A stretch of 64,000 nucleotides of DNA from Euprymna scolopes (taxonomy: Eukaryota). Positions 24,975 through 39,082 of this stretch are shown here, piece by piece. The stretch's first letter is position 1, and each line of letters begins with the position of its first letter. The notes below the pieces were generated by a model. It did not search any database, was not told the origin of the DNA, and saw nothing but the letters and a program-made list of their open reading frames with translations. Location of the stretch: NCBI GenBank assembly GCA_053919585.1, contig CM132802.1; one strand, written 5' to 3'. The position numbers and the translations under genes are program-made.

Positions 24975-25500
24975 TTATCGGACATGACCAGACACACTTA
25001 TGACCCGAACGAACAGTTGGGAATGACAACTACACTATTCACTATGACTACATAATCCCTACTGCTACATATCTAGAAAACGCAGCTGTTAAACCAGATA
25101 TAGTGATTTGGTACAGAGCAAACAAAAAAGCGATCGTAATAGAGGTCAGTGTACCTAATGATACAGGGCTTAACAGAGCTGAGAGGGAAAAGATAACAAA
25201 GTATCAAGGACTTATGTATGATATGAAACGAAATTGGAAATTAAAAGACGTTTCAATTATACCAGTCATCATAGGAGCAACTGGGCTTATGAAAAAGAAC
25301 TTTAAAAAGTACATAACAAGCATACCCGGTGAACCAAGTGCAAGTGAAATACAAGCGATTGCACTGAAAGGGACGGGTAGAATCCTGAAAAGATCTCTTG
25401 GTTGGACTCACTAAAATAGGGGTAAATGTCAGACATCTGGTTGGATGTCCCATCCCCTAGAAGAAAAAGTTTAAGAAAAATGAAAAAAAAAAAAAAAAAA
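24975..25500 (+). mobile_element. 3' end of an R4/Dong-type non-LTR retrotransposon (restriction-like endonuclease)
   Basis: KPDIVI...IEVSVP...EREKITKY...IPVIIGATG PD-(D/E)xK motif; short 3' UTR and poly(A). Confidence 0.85.
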
Positions 25501-25984
25501 AGAGAGAGAAGAGAACTAATTGAATCGCAGTTGTTGGACGCCCATACAGATGAGAACCAGTTAAAAAATAAACATGGAGAGACTCATCTCGATCGACAAT
25601 CCTGAGGCATGATCTTTGTGGGCTCTGTGTAGAGGTTTAACCAATAGTAGCAGCAGCAGCAACAACAACAAAAGTAGCTATCATGTACAAGCTTGTTTGA
25701 AAACAGCAGCAACATCCGGAATTGCCGGCTGCTGTTGTTTTCAAAAACAAACAACCATCTATTTCAAAGCTAAGAAACTGTCATATTTAACAACATATAC
25801 AATACAAATACTGATGTAACGGATTACGGGTGGTCTAGTTGCATTTTAAAGTGGAATCTTCTTATTTTTGAATACACAGTTAAAAATAATCTTCTGACAA
25901 ACAGGCTTCTCTTCTCTTAAGAATTTGTCTTTTACTTATAAATCTAATGAAATAAAATTCTTCTTCTTCTTTGTCACCACCACC

Positions 25985-26016
<32 letters not shown>

Positions 26017-27384
26017 GGAGGAAACAGCTGACAACCTAGGTACGCCAAGTTCGAATCCAGTTAGTTCCACAAAACCCTTTTATTTAGTGATGTTAGCAAC
26101 CTTCATGTAGTTCCTCCTGTAAGTCGGGGTAATGAATGACACAAAAAAATCGTGACTCATACAAAATAAATGAAGGACGCTTATCGCATCACACGTTATC
26201 ATTATGAGTATTCAAACGATCGTTTTACATGCTGGTGAGCATTGGATAGCTGTAAGAAATTTTAAAAAGGGGGGGGGGAGGGGATTAGATACCAACATGA
26301 TAAAGCTTCTTACACCCCTCTCCTTCAACGTAACATCTAATTCAAAAGATCAGCATTCTGGCTGACAAGAATCTTGTGCAGCTAAAGTATATCTTAAGTG
26401 GCATATCTCAAATCATCTTTGAACTTAGTTTTTGAACCAAATCTGTTATGTTGTATGTTTTTGACGCCTTGTCAGAAAGGCTGTAGAATATGCATATTGC
26501 AACTCAGAAGAGGGGTAAATTGGGCCCATCTATTGACTGTGAGTGGTAAGCCTTGATATCTAAGATGGCTGAGCATCTCTGTGCTGGTTTTCTAAATGAT
26601 TTGCCATATTCTACTTTAGCCGTTACTTTGAGGTTGGAGAGGCCTGATCCGATCAAGTGGTTAGTCACAACATGCTCTAGTAGTTCTAGCAATAAAAAAA
26701 AGTAGCTGGTGCTTGTTAAGATATAGTCGGCAGATCGTTTTCTTTTAAATATGTCATTTTTGTCAAGTCGAAAATAGTAATATATCCCAAAATCACGAAA
26801 ATTCATCGAGTAGAACAACTGTTATTGTTTATAGTAAAAAAATAAAGTCTATTGCTATAAAGCTAAAATGTTGGTCGGCATTAACATGTAATCTAAAATA
26901 TGCGTTTCGAGTTATGCCCCCTATGTATGAACTCTTCATCGTCTACTCTATAACATCTAAGAAAAATGCAATTTTAGCTAATTTTCCATAAAAATTACTT
27001 TGAACTATAAATATCTTTCTACTTGATAAATTTTCATAATTTTTTAGATATATTACTAATTGCAACATAACAATTAAGTACGTAATGTTGTCTTTGCTTA
27101 AAACAACATATTAAAAAAAAATCGATCTGCTCACTCTATTCAAACAAACACTGAAAAGCTAATTCTCATTGAACTATTAAACATTCTCGCTGTAACTTCT
27201 AGATGCTAAAAAAGCGGTAGCTGAGGGCCAATCGTACCAAGGAAACTGAAAGCTTGATCACGGTTTCATGTCACTAAATATTAATTTAATATTAATTAAT
27301 TAATAAAATTAATATTAATTAATAGGAAGAAATATAATTAATCGGTAAGGTTAGTAATGATTTATTAATATTTGATAAAGATTG

Positions 27385-27385
<1 letters not shown>

Positions 27386-27445
<60 letters not shown>
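27386..27445. repeat. (ATT)n microsatellite
   Basis: Direct reading. Confidence 0.95.
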
Positions 27446-27599
27446 TTTAAAGTTAGCTTAAGAAAATGTTGAATGCTGGAGGTGGTTGTGAGTTAAGCTC
27501 TACCGTTGGGGTAAAATTGGCATAGGATAACTTTTGCAAACTATTGTCAAATATTGACATCATGAGCTATTACTCTCACTATCAGGATAAGGATATATA

Positions 27600-28065
27600 G
27601 TGTTATATATTAAGAGCATGATGCTGTATGGATATAAGTGCCGGCCACCCATTCAGTCCTCACTCGCCTGCCTCTAACATAATGACAGTAACGAACAGAT
27701 GGATATGTAATGTTGAGCCCAGTTAAGTTTCAACATATCAACTCTGATCCCATGTTGACAAGGCTGGATATACCAAAGCTCCTGAAAATAAGTCTGCTAT
27801 GTTGGTTTGGCTATGCTGAGAGGAGTGACTCTCGGATAAGAAAATGTAGAAACCCTTGAGGTGGAAAGCTGAATGTAAGTTAGACGACCCAAGGAAACTT
27901 GGATCCAAACCATTAACAAGAATCTTAGACATGTGGAATTTTAATAGAATCAATCCTCAAGACTGTCAAGCTTGGAGACTAAGATTGCAGACTGTCAGAA
28001 TATATCAGACCTCCGACCAATGGATGATGATGATCACGACGACGACGACGATGATGATGATGATC
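27600..28065 (+). mobile_element. Decayed RTE-type LINE 3' fragment ending in (GAT/GAC)n
   Basis: MLYG...-like remnant, G.RK.G.P-like segment and trinucleotide tail. Confidence 0.4.
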
Positions 28066-28185
28066 CCATGGCATTTGATGCCACATTTACTGCAATTCTA
28101 GGCAATAGTTTTGAACCTATATGTGTTTGTAATATTTTAACAGACCCAACATCTAAAAAAGGCTTCATATCAAATTTGGGAAACT

Positions 28186-28402
28186 GACGATGATGATGAT
28201 GACAATGATAATGATGATCGTGGTGGTCCTGCTGATGACGAAGATCATGCTTGTGGGGAAGATTGTGACGATCATTATAATGACAACGACGATGTATTAT
28301 AATAGTAGTGGTTGTGATGATGGCAACCACGATGATGGTTATAATCTTGACGACGACGACGACGACGACGACGACGATGATGATGATGATGATGATGATG
28401 AT
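28186..28402. repeat. Degenerate (GAT/GAC)n low-complexity tract
   Basis: Direct reading. Confidence 0.9.
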
Positions 28403-28795
28403 GGATATTTTTTATTATTGTTCACTTAGCTAAAGTGAACAACTATTTTTATACCAAATAAAATAAAAGAGACTACAATGTTTAAAATGCTTAAAATGAT
28501 TTCGCATTTTTCATAACCTGTTTTTTTTTTCATTAAAAAAAAAAAAAAAATTATTCTTAAAAGGATGTGCCCATTGCTTGTAATTTGAGAACCTTGTTTT
28601 GTTCCAGACATGAAGGCAATGCGATAAAGAACCCAAAATAACCATTATATTTCTTTCTTGAAGACTAGAAACACTTTTAAAATGGTTGACCTTGAGGAAA
28701 ACAATAAAAAAAAAGTTTGGCATTATAAAGAATGAGAATTCGTCAGAAAGCTCAGCATATACTAAATTAAACAAATATGATGCTAATAAGTTCAA

Positions 28796-28847
<52 letters not shown>

Positions 28848-29289
28848 GTACATCTATTATATATAAGCATACCACTTCCTCCACAATAGCAAAATATTAA
28901 TTCTTATACAATAAAAATAAATAATACTACTTTTGATACCATGGATAAAAGTTCTATAATAAGACAACTGGTAAACTGCGCATTACATTGCATATGACAA
29001 AAACTGTTAAAGCTAGACACGCAGAGAAAGAAGAATAGATTAAAAAAAAAAAATAAATGAGCGAGGGTCAAAGGCGATTGAACCTGCATTGACACAGTGT
29101 AACAAGTTAGGTGAAAATTCGGTCAGGAGAGGTGAAGACTGAAGAGAAGATAAAAAAAAAACTGGATGGGTTAAGTGGAAGACGCACATACAAACACACA
29201 AATAAAAGAATAAAGAGAGAAAAAAAAGAGGACGAAAATTTGAACAATTTTACCACTGATTTACATACTGGCATGGGTTGGAGATATAT

Positions 29290-29570
29290 GCAGCATAAAT
29301 CACTTTAGATCACCGAAGTTAAGCAACGTTGAGCCTGGTCAGTACTAAAATGGTAAACATTTGGGAACTCCAAGTGCTGTATATGATCTCTGCTTATCTC
29401 GGCATTGTTTTCAGTCGTCTAGCACTTCTCTTTGCGACTTGGCTCAAACAATGCTGATTCAGGAGCGGTGTGGCTGAGGATTGCACAACCTTTGCCTCAC
29501 AATTACATGCAGCTACTCCAGGGCGTATCCATTGTCTCTTGAGACTGAATGGAAGCATCGATTACGCGTT
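29290..29570 (+). mobile_element. 5S rRNA-derived SINE
   Basis: GATCACCGAAGTTAAGCAACGTTGAGCCTGGTCAGTACT...TGGGAACTCCAAGTGCTGTA covers the 5S internal promoter region; followed by a non-5S body shared with 14420-14600. Confidence 0.8.
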
Positions 29571-29859
29571 GGAGAGCTTTAAGAAATTTACTTTCAAATT
29601 AATCCATCTCTGGGCAGATTTTTATTTATCCATTTCTCAAGTTCATCTTCATGACTTCCTCCCATGTTTTCCTTAACCTTCCCTTGTAAACTGAACCTGC
29701 TACCTCAACTGGTTTACATCTACTGACCTGGAAACTCTCGTCGATTCTTACAATGTTTCATACCATACTCTGCACATTTAATCTTTGCCTGAGGACAAGG
29801 TGAAACATTCTTTTAGTTTGGAATGGGCAATCACCGAGAGATGGTGTGCTAATAAAAAT

Positions 29860-30050
29860 GTTGGTCTTCCTCTCTTCGCTGTATCGATATCAGGAGGGGC
29901 ATCCGCCCTATAAAAAAAAATGTTGCCTCAATTAAGGAAATAACATTCAAAGATAAGTTTGGAAGTCAATTTTCTAAAAGCCGCCGAACAAATACGAGCA
30001 TGCAAGATGGACGTTAAACCAAATGATGATGATGATGATGATGATGATGA
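29860..30050 (+). mobile_element. SINE/RTE-related 3' fragment with (GAT)n tail
   Basis: AGGGGCATCCG...ATGGACGTTAAAC-(GAT)n. Confidence 0.5.
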
Positions 30051-30192
30051 AGTTATCAGAACAAATCCTGTCTTTATGACTCACATCATCAATTGTATCA
30101 TTTTCATATCATTTCTATCCATGCAACGTATGTCCTTAACCACCACTGAACGGATTCAAATTCCAAACACATACCTTCTTCTTAATATATGA

Positions 30193-30465
30193 GGTCCTGG
30201 ATATGACCTTAAACTATATCCAGTGGTGAGGCCCCAGCTTGCGGGCTTTGGGGAGTGTAGAGCCACCCTTTAATTACCATTGCTCCCAGGTCCACTCTGA
30301 CCCGGAGTGGTAGTACCTGTTAGGGTTCCAACTATGGGTTAAATAGAAACCGACTTGAAAAAACAAATATATTCTATTAAAAAAAATTTTTCTTCAAAAT
30401 CTTTGGATTCGGTATTAAATAACCCGAAAAAGGGTTGATATGCCGTAAAACAAAAACAACCAACC
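30193..30465 (+). mobile_element. SINE-like interspersed repeat (copy 2)
   Basis: Near-identical to 38-320. Confidence 0.75.
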
Positions 30466-30522
30466 TTAATTTATAATATCTTAGTATTTTTGCGACTGAA
30501 ATAGGAATTAATCTACGGACAC

Positions 30523-30582
<60 letters not shown>

Positions 30583-30857
30583 GGGGAGAATTAGTTTATT
30601 TATTTAAAAAATAAAACTTAATCTATGTATTTTTTAGCTTGTAAAATTTTACTTGCGTATTTGTACTCTAAGTAAGACTTAACTCGTGTATTATTATTTT
30701 TTTAAAGTTTTAACTCTAGTTATTTTGATTTTTACGTTGAGATTTACCCCCCCCCCGCGAGACAACTCCCAGTAGTAAATAAAGAACAATTCAATCTATG
30801 AATATCCAAAGAGAAAACACACACAAACGTAAAGTTATTTCGTATTTTTTTTATTGA

Positions 30858-33854
30858 TATTAGGTTGAGAAGTTCTTGCGGAATTTTTAATTTTGATTTC
30901 AAATGATGTATTTTCAAATAAGTTTTCGTTATAATAACTTTACTTTATATATCATTTTAAAGAGCGTTTTTTTCGCTCTATCTAATCGTTTTAATTACAA
31001 TCGTTTTGAAACGATTATGTCTTCTTTTCAGAACGTTGAATACAAGAGGAAAGAAACCAAATACGCACAACTTTCTTAATTCAAGCTCGCCATATCAACG
31101 AAGCGTTTGGCGCAGGAACGACTACTGAACATTGGTGGTTTAAAAAATTTTGTGGCGGCGACAAAAGTCTTGAAGATGATCAGCGTAGTGGTTGGCCATT
31201 GGATGTTGACCACGATCAAGTAAAAGCCTTAGTCGAAGCCAATCCATGCACAACTGTTTGAGAACTTGCTTCTGAATTAGATGTTTCTTGAACAGGTTGT
31301 GACTTGCGATGAAAAGTGATTCCTTTATGACAACTGGCGATGTTCAGCTAAGTGGTTAAATGCTGATGAAGCTCCACAACACTTCCCGAAGCCAGAATTG
31401 CACCAAAAGAAGGTCATGTTGGCTGTTTGGTGGTCTCATCCATTACAGTTTTTTTTTGAATGCAGGCGAAACTATTATGCTTCAAAAACTTCAACAACAG
31501 CACCCAGCATTAGTCAACAGAAAAGGCCAAATTCTCCTTCATAACAATGCCCGTTGCTAAACTGATCCTGCAAAATTGAATGAACTGAGTCACAAAACTC
31601 TGCCTCATCCGGCACACTTTCCAGACCTTTCACCTACCAACTACCACTTTTTCAACGATTTTCTAAGCCGCTTTCAAGACTGCCAGCAACCACTGTAAAA
31701 AAGTAATAAAGAATGCAAGAGAGTTGTATGCTCAGTCCGTCAAGTCCAAAGACGCTGAGCAGCGGCTTGGTACCCACCAGTTTTGGCAAATAGCAAACAG
31801 AATTCTGAACAGAAGCGTATGTTCTATCCCAACTATCATAAATGGACCTGAGGTAATCTCATCAGCATCAGACAAAGCCACACTCTTTGCCAAGAACTTT
31901 GCAGCTAATTCTACCCTTTGCGACCAACGCCGCCAACCTCCAATATTTTCTCCTGTATTAGAAAACATGCTATGTGATATACAAATATCTGTACGTGATG
32001 TTGCCAAGCTAACCGAAAACCTTGATTCCAGTAAAACAACCGGCCCTGACGGTATTCCAATTATTGTACTCAAAAGACTTCAACCAGAACTAGTGCCCAT
32101 ACTTACAAAACTGTTGAAACGTTGTCTTAAGGAGAATTGCTTCCCATCACCCTAGAAATCTCATCAGTATGCCCTGTATTTAAGAATTCAGGTGATCGCT
32201 CATCTCCCTCTCAAGACAGGCCAATAAGTCTTCTGTGCATCATGGGTAAATTGCTGGAATCTGTGTTAAATAGAGAAGTAATCAACCATCTCAGCAAAAA
32301 TAACCTTCTTAGTGACACACAATATGGTTTCTGTTCTGTTAGATCTACAGCAAATGTGCTTACAGTTATATCTCATTATTAGCGAATCTCTCGACAGAGG
32401 CAACCTTTCTAGGGCAATTGCTCTTGACATATCAAAGGCCTTTGATAGAGTATGGCATAAAGGTTTACTTCATAAGATCTCCAGCTATGGTATAGCTGGA
32501 AATGTCTTCTCAATTATTAAATCATTTCTCTCTGATAGGTTCATAAGAGTAGCGGTTGATGAGCAGAAATCAGAAGCTCACAGAATTAATGCTGGAGTCC
32601 CTCAGGGGTCCATCCTGGGCCCAACTCTCTTCCTGATCTACATTAATGATCTTCCAAGTCACATCCTTACATCATTCATAGACATTTATGCTGATGACAC
32701 TACTACCTATGGTTGCACATCAAAGACCGTAAACGATCAAGTTCTCTGATTATCTCTCCTCTGATCTTAAGCAAGTGGTACAATGGGGAAAGAGATGGCT
32801 GGTTAATTTTAATGCATCTAAAATCAAGCTTTTATCTTTACATCATCAACACTCTAAACCCCATCTGGCATTGATTTGAATGAATGGCTCTCGTCTTGGG
32901 GAGGCCTCATGTTTTGACAAGCTTCTGGGCTTGACCTTTACTCCTGATCTTAAATGGAACACATACATTAAATCTGTAGCCAAGGCTGCTGGAAAAATGG
33001 TGGGATCCTTCTATCGATCCAGTAGATATCTCACTGCTGATGCAATTCTCTATCTATATAAGAACCAGGTACCTCCAAGGATGGAGTACTGTCGCCACAT
33101 TTGGACAGAAGCTGCTAGAAAGGACTTATCTTGGCTTGATAGGGTTCAAAATAGACTTCGTAGCCTCATAAGAGATGCCCTTTTCTCTTCCCTCCAACCT
33201 CTTTCTCACAGAAGAGATGTTGCGAGTTTGTCTCTGCTTTATCGTTATTTTCATGGTAAGTGCTCGGCTGAGCTCGAATCTATGGTTCCCCCCTCGCCAA
33301 ACTTTCACAAGAAACACTCGTCTAGTTGAAAACACTATCAATAATTTCCCCCACTCTTTATCTGTGCCTAAACCTAAACGTAGATTCCATGAGGAAAGCT
33401 TCTTTCTTAGAACTGCACGCCTATGGAATTGTCTTCCGTTTTCCTGTTTTCCAGCTGACTACAATATGGTTGTCTTTAAGTCTAACATAAACAAGTTTTT
33501 GATGAGCCGTTCCATATAAGCTAACAAATTTAGTGAATTTCCATTACTAACGATTACTATACTGTCCAATTTCTACTGCACACTCTTTAACCCTTATCCT
33601 CGCGTGGCCTCTTGGCCTTGATAAGTGGTGATGCCTATGTAAAAAAAAAAGATATCAAAATCGCCTTCAGCAATTTCATTGCCACCATAATGCAAGATTT
33701 TTTACGTTACTGGCATAGGCACTTGTTTTACGTCGGCAAATGTGTGTTGATTCTGATGGTGCTTTTTTCGCTCAATAAATTTTTGTTTGAGCCGAAATAT
33801 GTTCATCTGAATTTAAAAGTTGAAAACTGCAAGAGATTTCTTGTCAACCTGATA
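30858..33854 (+). mobile_element. Decayed mariner transposon interrupted by a LINE
   Basis: TIRs TATTAGGTTG / CAACCTGATA; transposase remnants WFKKF..SLEDDQRSG, VTCDEK, LHNNAR, PDLSPTNYHFF; resumes after the LINE poly(A). Confidence 0.8.
31666..33650 (+). mobile_element. CR1/L2-group LINE, RT region with frameshifts (pseudogenised ORF2)
   Basis: GPDGIP, RPISLL, LDISKAFDRVWH, GVPQGSILGPTLFLIYINDL, YADD; poly(A). Confidence 0.95.
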
Positions 33855-34108
33855 TTAGTATCTTTAATTAAGATTAGCATACCATTCAGAAGTATAGTAG
33901 AACCCTGAGATATGGTGGCCCTAGGGTATAGTTTTTTTCAGGTTATGATGTGGAATAAAATGTTTTTCCAGCCCTTGATTATGGTATTTGCCTCGACTTA
34001 CAGAGTTATTTATAATGTTATTTGATTATATACATGTGTGTTATATACTGTATTGTATTTTGTTACTAATTTTTAATGCCGTATCTCGGGTGTTCTACTG
34101 TATGCATG

Positions 34109-34805
34109 TCTTGACAAGCTTCTGGGACTGACCTTCACTCCTGATTAGAAATGGAACACATACATCAAATCTGTTGCCAAAATCGCTAGTAAAATCATTG
34201 GATCACTCTACCGATCCAGTAATTATCTCACTGCTGATGCAATCCTCTATCTGTATAAGAGCTAGATACGTCCTAAAATGGAGTACTGTTACCACATCTG
34301 GGCAGGAGCTGCTTGGCACACACTATACTTTCTTAATAGTTGAAAACCGTCTTCGAAACCTAGTAGATGATGCTCTTTTCTCTTCCCCGCAACTCACAGA
34401 AGAGATGTTGCAAGCCTGTCTCTACTCTATTGCTATTTTCATGGCAAGTGCTCGACTGAACTCCAATCTATGGTCCCCCCTTGCCAAGCTTTCACAAAAA
34501 ACACTCGCTACTACCACTATATATGGTTTTCCTCACTCTCTATCTGCCTAAGATTCCATGAACAAAGCTTCTTTCCCAGAACTACCCGTTTTTGGAACAT
34601 TGTTTCGCTGGCATGATTCCCGGTTGAATACAACATGGTAGCCTTCAAATCTAATGTCAATAAGTTTCTGTTAAGTCCTCCTCATAAATAATTAAATTCT
34701 ACCAAATTTACATCATAAGTGATTACTACACCATCACTTTACATTCATTAATCCTTATCCTTCGAGCCTTGATAAGTCATGAATTCCAAGTAAAAAAAGA
34801 AAAAA
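34109..34805 (+). mobile_element. Older CR1/L2-group LINE 3' fragment
   Basis: Homologous to 32915-33650, with many indels. Confidence 0.85.
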
Positions 34806-36124
34806 ATTCAATTTCAGTTTGAAATCAGATTTTCTTTAATCTGTTAAGTTTGAAATAGTCTTTTGATCACACAAGTGCTCTACAGAGCTTGAAAAATGAT
34901 GATGCAGTTTTCCTTGGACATTCAAATTTGGAACAAGGCATCCAATCATATTCAAATTATTTCACTTTGAAACAGTACTCCAAACGCATTGTAACCGGGG
35001 GATTTACTCTGAAGGGGATTAGAGTTTTATGTGTGTACTATCAATGAAAGTCCCCATCGGAAAAAAAGTCTGGAAACTTATTTAAGACGCCTTATATTTT
35101 ATTTCTCACAATATTTCTGAATACTAGGACTTATACTTCAGTCTTTGGGACATACAATCAAAGAGTTGGCCCTGAGCATCACTAGACTTTGGCATGCCAA
35201 TGGATCACACGCATCTAAAGAATATTGATTCTTGTTTAACCACTGAATCGAGAAAGTAAGATGAGAGTGACACAGATACAAAGGACAGAAGCTGAAAAGA
35301 TATAAGTAATAAGCTTAGAAACAGATTTGTAAGTCTAGAACCTATCACCTAACGTTGATTAAAGAGAAGCCTCCTGGCAGGCACTCAACAAGATGTTCAT
35401 GCCAAGATTTTAAAAAGAGAGAGAGAAAAAAATGACCGTAATAATTTTGTCTGAAAACAAAATCTGCCAAGTTATCTCAGATATCCGTTCTTACTTCCTA
35501 CTCGTCCCCTGATCATTTCAACTGGTTTCAACCATATTGAAATTGTCAGAACTACATCAATGATCCATTTCCACATATCTCTGTTTCCAGATACCCAATA
35601 CCCAGCAATGAATATTTTGCTTGAAGATATAGAACTTTTACAGAAAGAATTTTTTTTTTTTTGAATGAAGCAAATTGATGTAAGGATAGAAGTCTTCAGT
35701 TATTTGCAGGAATGAAGGTTGATTATTACAAAGACAGAAGATGTCTATTGGTTTTAGTCTTGAAAAGACCAAGGCTATAGCTAGGAGGAAAACAGTCAGA
35801 AGGAAGTGAATTCCATACGCCTGCAATTTTTATGAAGAAGTTATTAGGATAGAAAGCTGTATTACAACAAGCAAATTGATTGAGACTACTAGATAGACTA
35901 ATGAGTCAAAGATAGAACGAAGGAATCAGGGAACAAACCAGACAGTTCTGAAAAACACATACCATAATAGAATTTATATATAAAAAAGAACGAGGAATAT
36001 CACTTCCGTGAGAGAGAGGTTGCAGAAAAGAAAAAAGGATGAGGATTGAATTTTCAACCTTCAGAAGAATGTTATTTGCAATTGAATTTTATTTAGTACT
36101 TTATCTGTTATGGGTCCATCGACA

Positions 36125-36265
36125 GAAAGATTTCAGAGTTCAACAAACGACACCTGGAGAAGGTTGGAGTTTACAGCGGCCAAAACGTTGTGAAAATAGA
36201 ACTCAAGAACAGTAGTCCAAATAATACTATATTATCAATCCTCATCTAAAATGTTCAGAAACATA
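36125..36265 (+). mobile_element. Penelope-like repeat with decayed minimal hammerhead
   Basis: CAC-CTGGAGA-AGGTTG..CGGCC-AAAACGTT-GTG. Confidence 0.5.
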
Positions 36266-37110
36266 AACGAAATTCTTTTTTCCATTCTAAATCGTTAGTA
36301 ACAAGTTTTAAAGTTTGCATGGATTCAAAAAAGAAGGAAAATGGTTGATATTTAGTTAAGTAAAACGTTATATGGTAAAATAGATTGTTTAAATGATCTA
36401 GTGCTAAATTGTCAGTTAGTTACGTTGTGAGTTTGAGAGAAGCAACGTTTGTCCATTTTCTCCATCATTTTCATTCATCTCTTACTACTGCTTCATCATC
36501 CGACAATCTAATTAACTTTTATCCTCGAGTGGTTTTTAGCCTTGCTAAGTGGTGAACCATTAGTACAAACAAAAAGATAGTCCAGGATTCTTGGGTCTTG
36601 TAATAATCAGACCACTCATTCGATTCTGATTAAACACCAGCTTACGACCCGGTAGCAATCTATAAAATTCTGCAACATCATAACGAATTTAAAAAAAAAA
36701 AATGGCCGCTGTGACTTGTATATCTATCCTAGCGAACGGTTTATTCAAGAGGATGATTATAAAGAAACACAGATGTAATTTATCTTTAAGTTTACAACTA
36801 TAACCTTTCACCTAACGCAGACACATACTTTATCTAGTCAAAATAAGACATGAACATCTATCTTTCGGAAGTCATTAAAGTAAATGCCTTCCCTTGTTTC
36901 CTCCCGACTATAAACACAGACCTGATTAGATTGACACAGACCAATAAACCTTTTATTTGAAAATCGATCAAATTTCAGAAGATAAGTGATGTTTTATTTA
37001 CTCTCTTCATCTAATTGTCTTCTAAATTATTGAATAACGAAAACACTGACAGTAAGCCGCCTTGCATCGTTCACCTGAACAATCGCCACTAAATTAGTGG
37101 TTAGGTTCTG

Positions 37111-37141
<31 letters not shown>

Positions 37142-37252
37142 AAAGCAAACAACAAATCACCAATTAGACATCGTTCTCTGTCTCCGGGTCTTTATAATTG
37201 CCCAATGACACTGTTTTGCCTACGATAAAATTACTTTCATTGCTAATATTGA

Positions 37253-37484
37253 TCTATGCATGCATACCGTAATACCTTTCACGTACGTATGTACGTGTGC
37301 CACGGTTTCCAGATTATAAATTATCCGATCAGGAGATCCTAGTTATTAAAAAGGGAGATAGAAGGTGATAACACACTACGAACATTAAATTAGTATATAG
37401 GTACACTAATTTAATATTCGTAGTACCGTCTATCACCTTCTATCGTCCTTTTAAATAAATAGGATTTCCGATCACTGAAGACAC

Positions 37485-37522
<38 letters not shown>

Positions 37523-37867
37523 TTGTTTTTGGGCCGTACGCGAAACTAAAATATACTTTCTTGGTTTTCTGGCTAGGATTCAAGGGTAGTATCTGTTTTG
37601 TCTAAAGATGGTATAATGATATCGAGGGGTTTCACTTCATGTTGGGCATCCATACAATGGAAATATGTCACAGACTCCTATATTGGAGATAAACTGTAAT
37701 AATCATATATTTTCTGACAATATATTAACCAGATTACTTAGATAAATGTTTTTACAGTTTTAACGAAAAGGGTACAATAATATCATGGGGTCTCCATTCA
37801 CGTTGAACATCAAAATAATGCCTAGCAGCAATATATTACATGTGGAATTTCCACAGGTCCTACAAGT
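37253..37867 (+). mobile_element. Non-autonomous Helitron, family D
   Basis: Inverted homolog of 13072-13705. Confidence 0.7.
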
Positions 37868-38379
37868 TTAGTGCAAAATTTCAAGTTTACAATTCTCTTT
37901 TTCTTAATTGGATTAAACAAAAGAGTGGTATCCCCCCCTCTGTTTTTTTTGTTAAATGGAATTGTAGCAGAGACATTTAAAAAGAGACCCCATTTATTTA
38001 TCTCCTCACAAGGGCAGAGTTAGACACAAAATCAATTTTTAAAGTGGAGAAAATCTAGCTCATCAAAAAGGAGAAATATGGATTTCGTTGAAAAAAAAAA
38101 ATTGCCTCAGTCTAGAAGGATTTCATTTCACTGAGCGAAGACAGATAAGGTGAAGTATAATATAAAAACAGATACTACGCTTTGCTCGTAGTCAAGTAGT
38201 GAGTCTATGATTATGAATTAGTTCAGAGAAGGTTTCGAGAAGCAAATAACTTTACGCAGGACTATAGAATCCGAGTCGTGGAACTGGAAGAAATTAAGAC
38301 ATGATTTGAGTTGGTAACATTATATCGATTCTGACACTAGCTACATTTACACTTGATATGGCCTTTATTTATTTTTTGA

Positions 38380-38858
38380 CTAGCCTGGGTGCCCAGCATT
38401 GCCCGGGTGTTTGGAGGAACATCTCCAAACACCCGGGCAATGCTGAACAAAAAGAAAAAAAAAGTGGTAGTAGGCAGACAGGCTTGAACCCGTACCGTGA
38501 AGGAGTAAAAGAACGTAAAAAAAAAAAAAAAGTAACGCCTTTGCTGTTGCGCCCATTGCCAAACCGGAAGTGACGTAGGTTTAAATTAAGGTTAGTCAAT
38601 CGAAAAGAGGGGATGACTTTCGAAAATATTGACGAAAAAAGTGACCCCTCCCTGTAGAAAAGTGCCCAGTTGAGGGTGAAGTAATTAATGTTTTTAATGA
38701 ATTTTTCGATATTTGTCGCCCGAAGGGTCGAGCTTACAAAACGATACCAATCTTGTGAAAATCCGTTGCCTCTGTCGAAAATTTTAGGCATACATACATA
38801 CATACATACATACATACATACATACATTTAAACAGACAGGTGAGATTTATATTATAGA
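38380..38858 (-). mobile_element. Non-autonomous Helitron, family B
   Basis: CTAG plus hairpin; homologous to 2372-2827. Confidence 0.8.
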
Positions 38859-39082
38859 TTACAAGATTACCCGTCAAAGGACAAGTAAAATTAATTCCCA
38901 GAACAAAACGAGGTTGCACCGTTTTTATGTCCTCTTATAAAAATTAAAATCAAGATATAATGCTACTAAACTTTTTGTCTAGAATCCTATTTCTAATTTT
39001 GATCAAAATCCATTACATGATTTTATTTCAAGAAAATGTCTAAAATTTAAGGCTTAAGCTGTAAAGGTTCTTTCCCACAAAA

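Noticed and set aside
27856-28429. Asp-, Met- and His-rich ORFs
   Set aside because: (GAT/GAC)n low complexity; no domain or splice support.
29290-29382. Functional 5S rRNA gene
   Set aside because: The 5' part is deleted or diverged and it continues into a SINE body.
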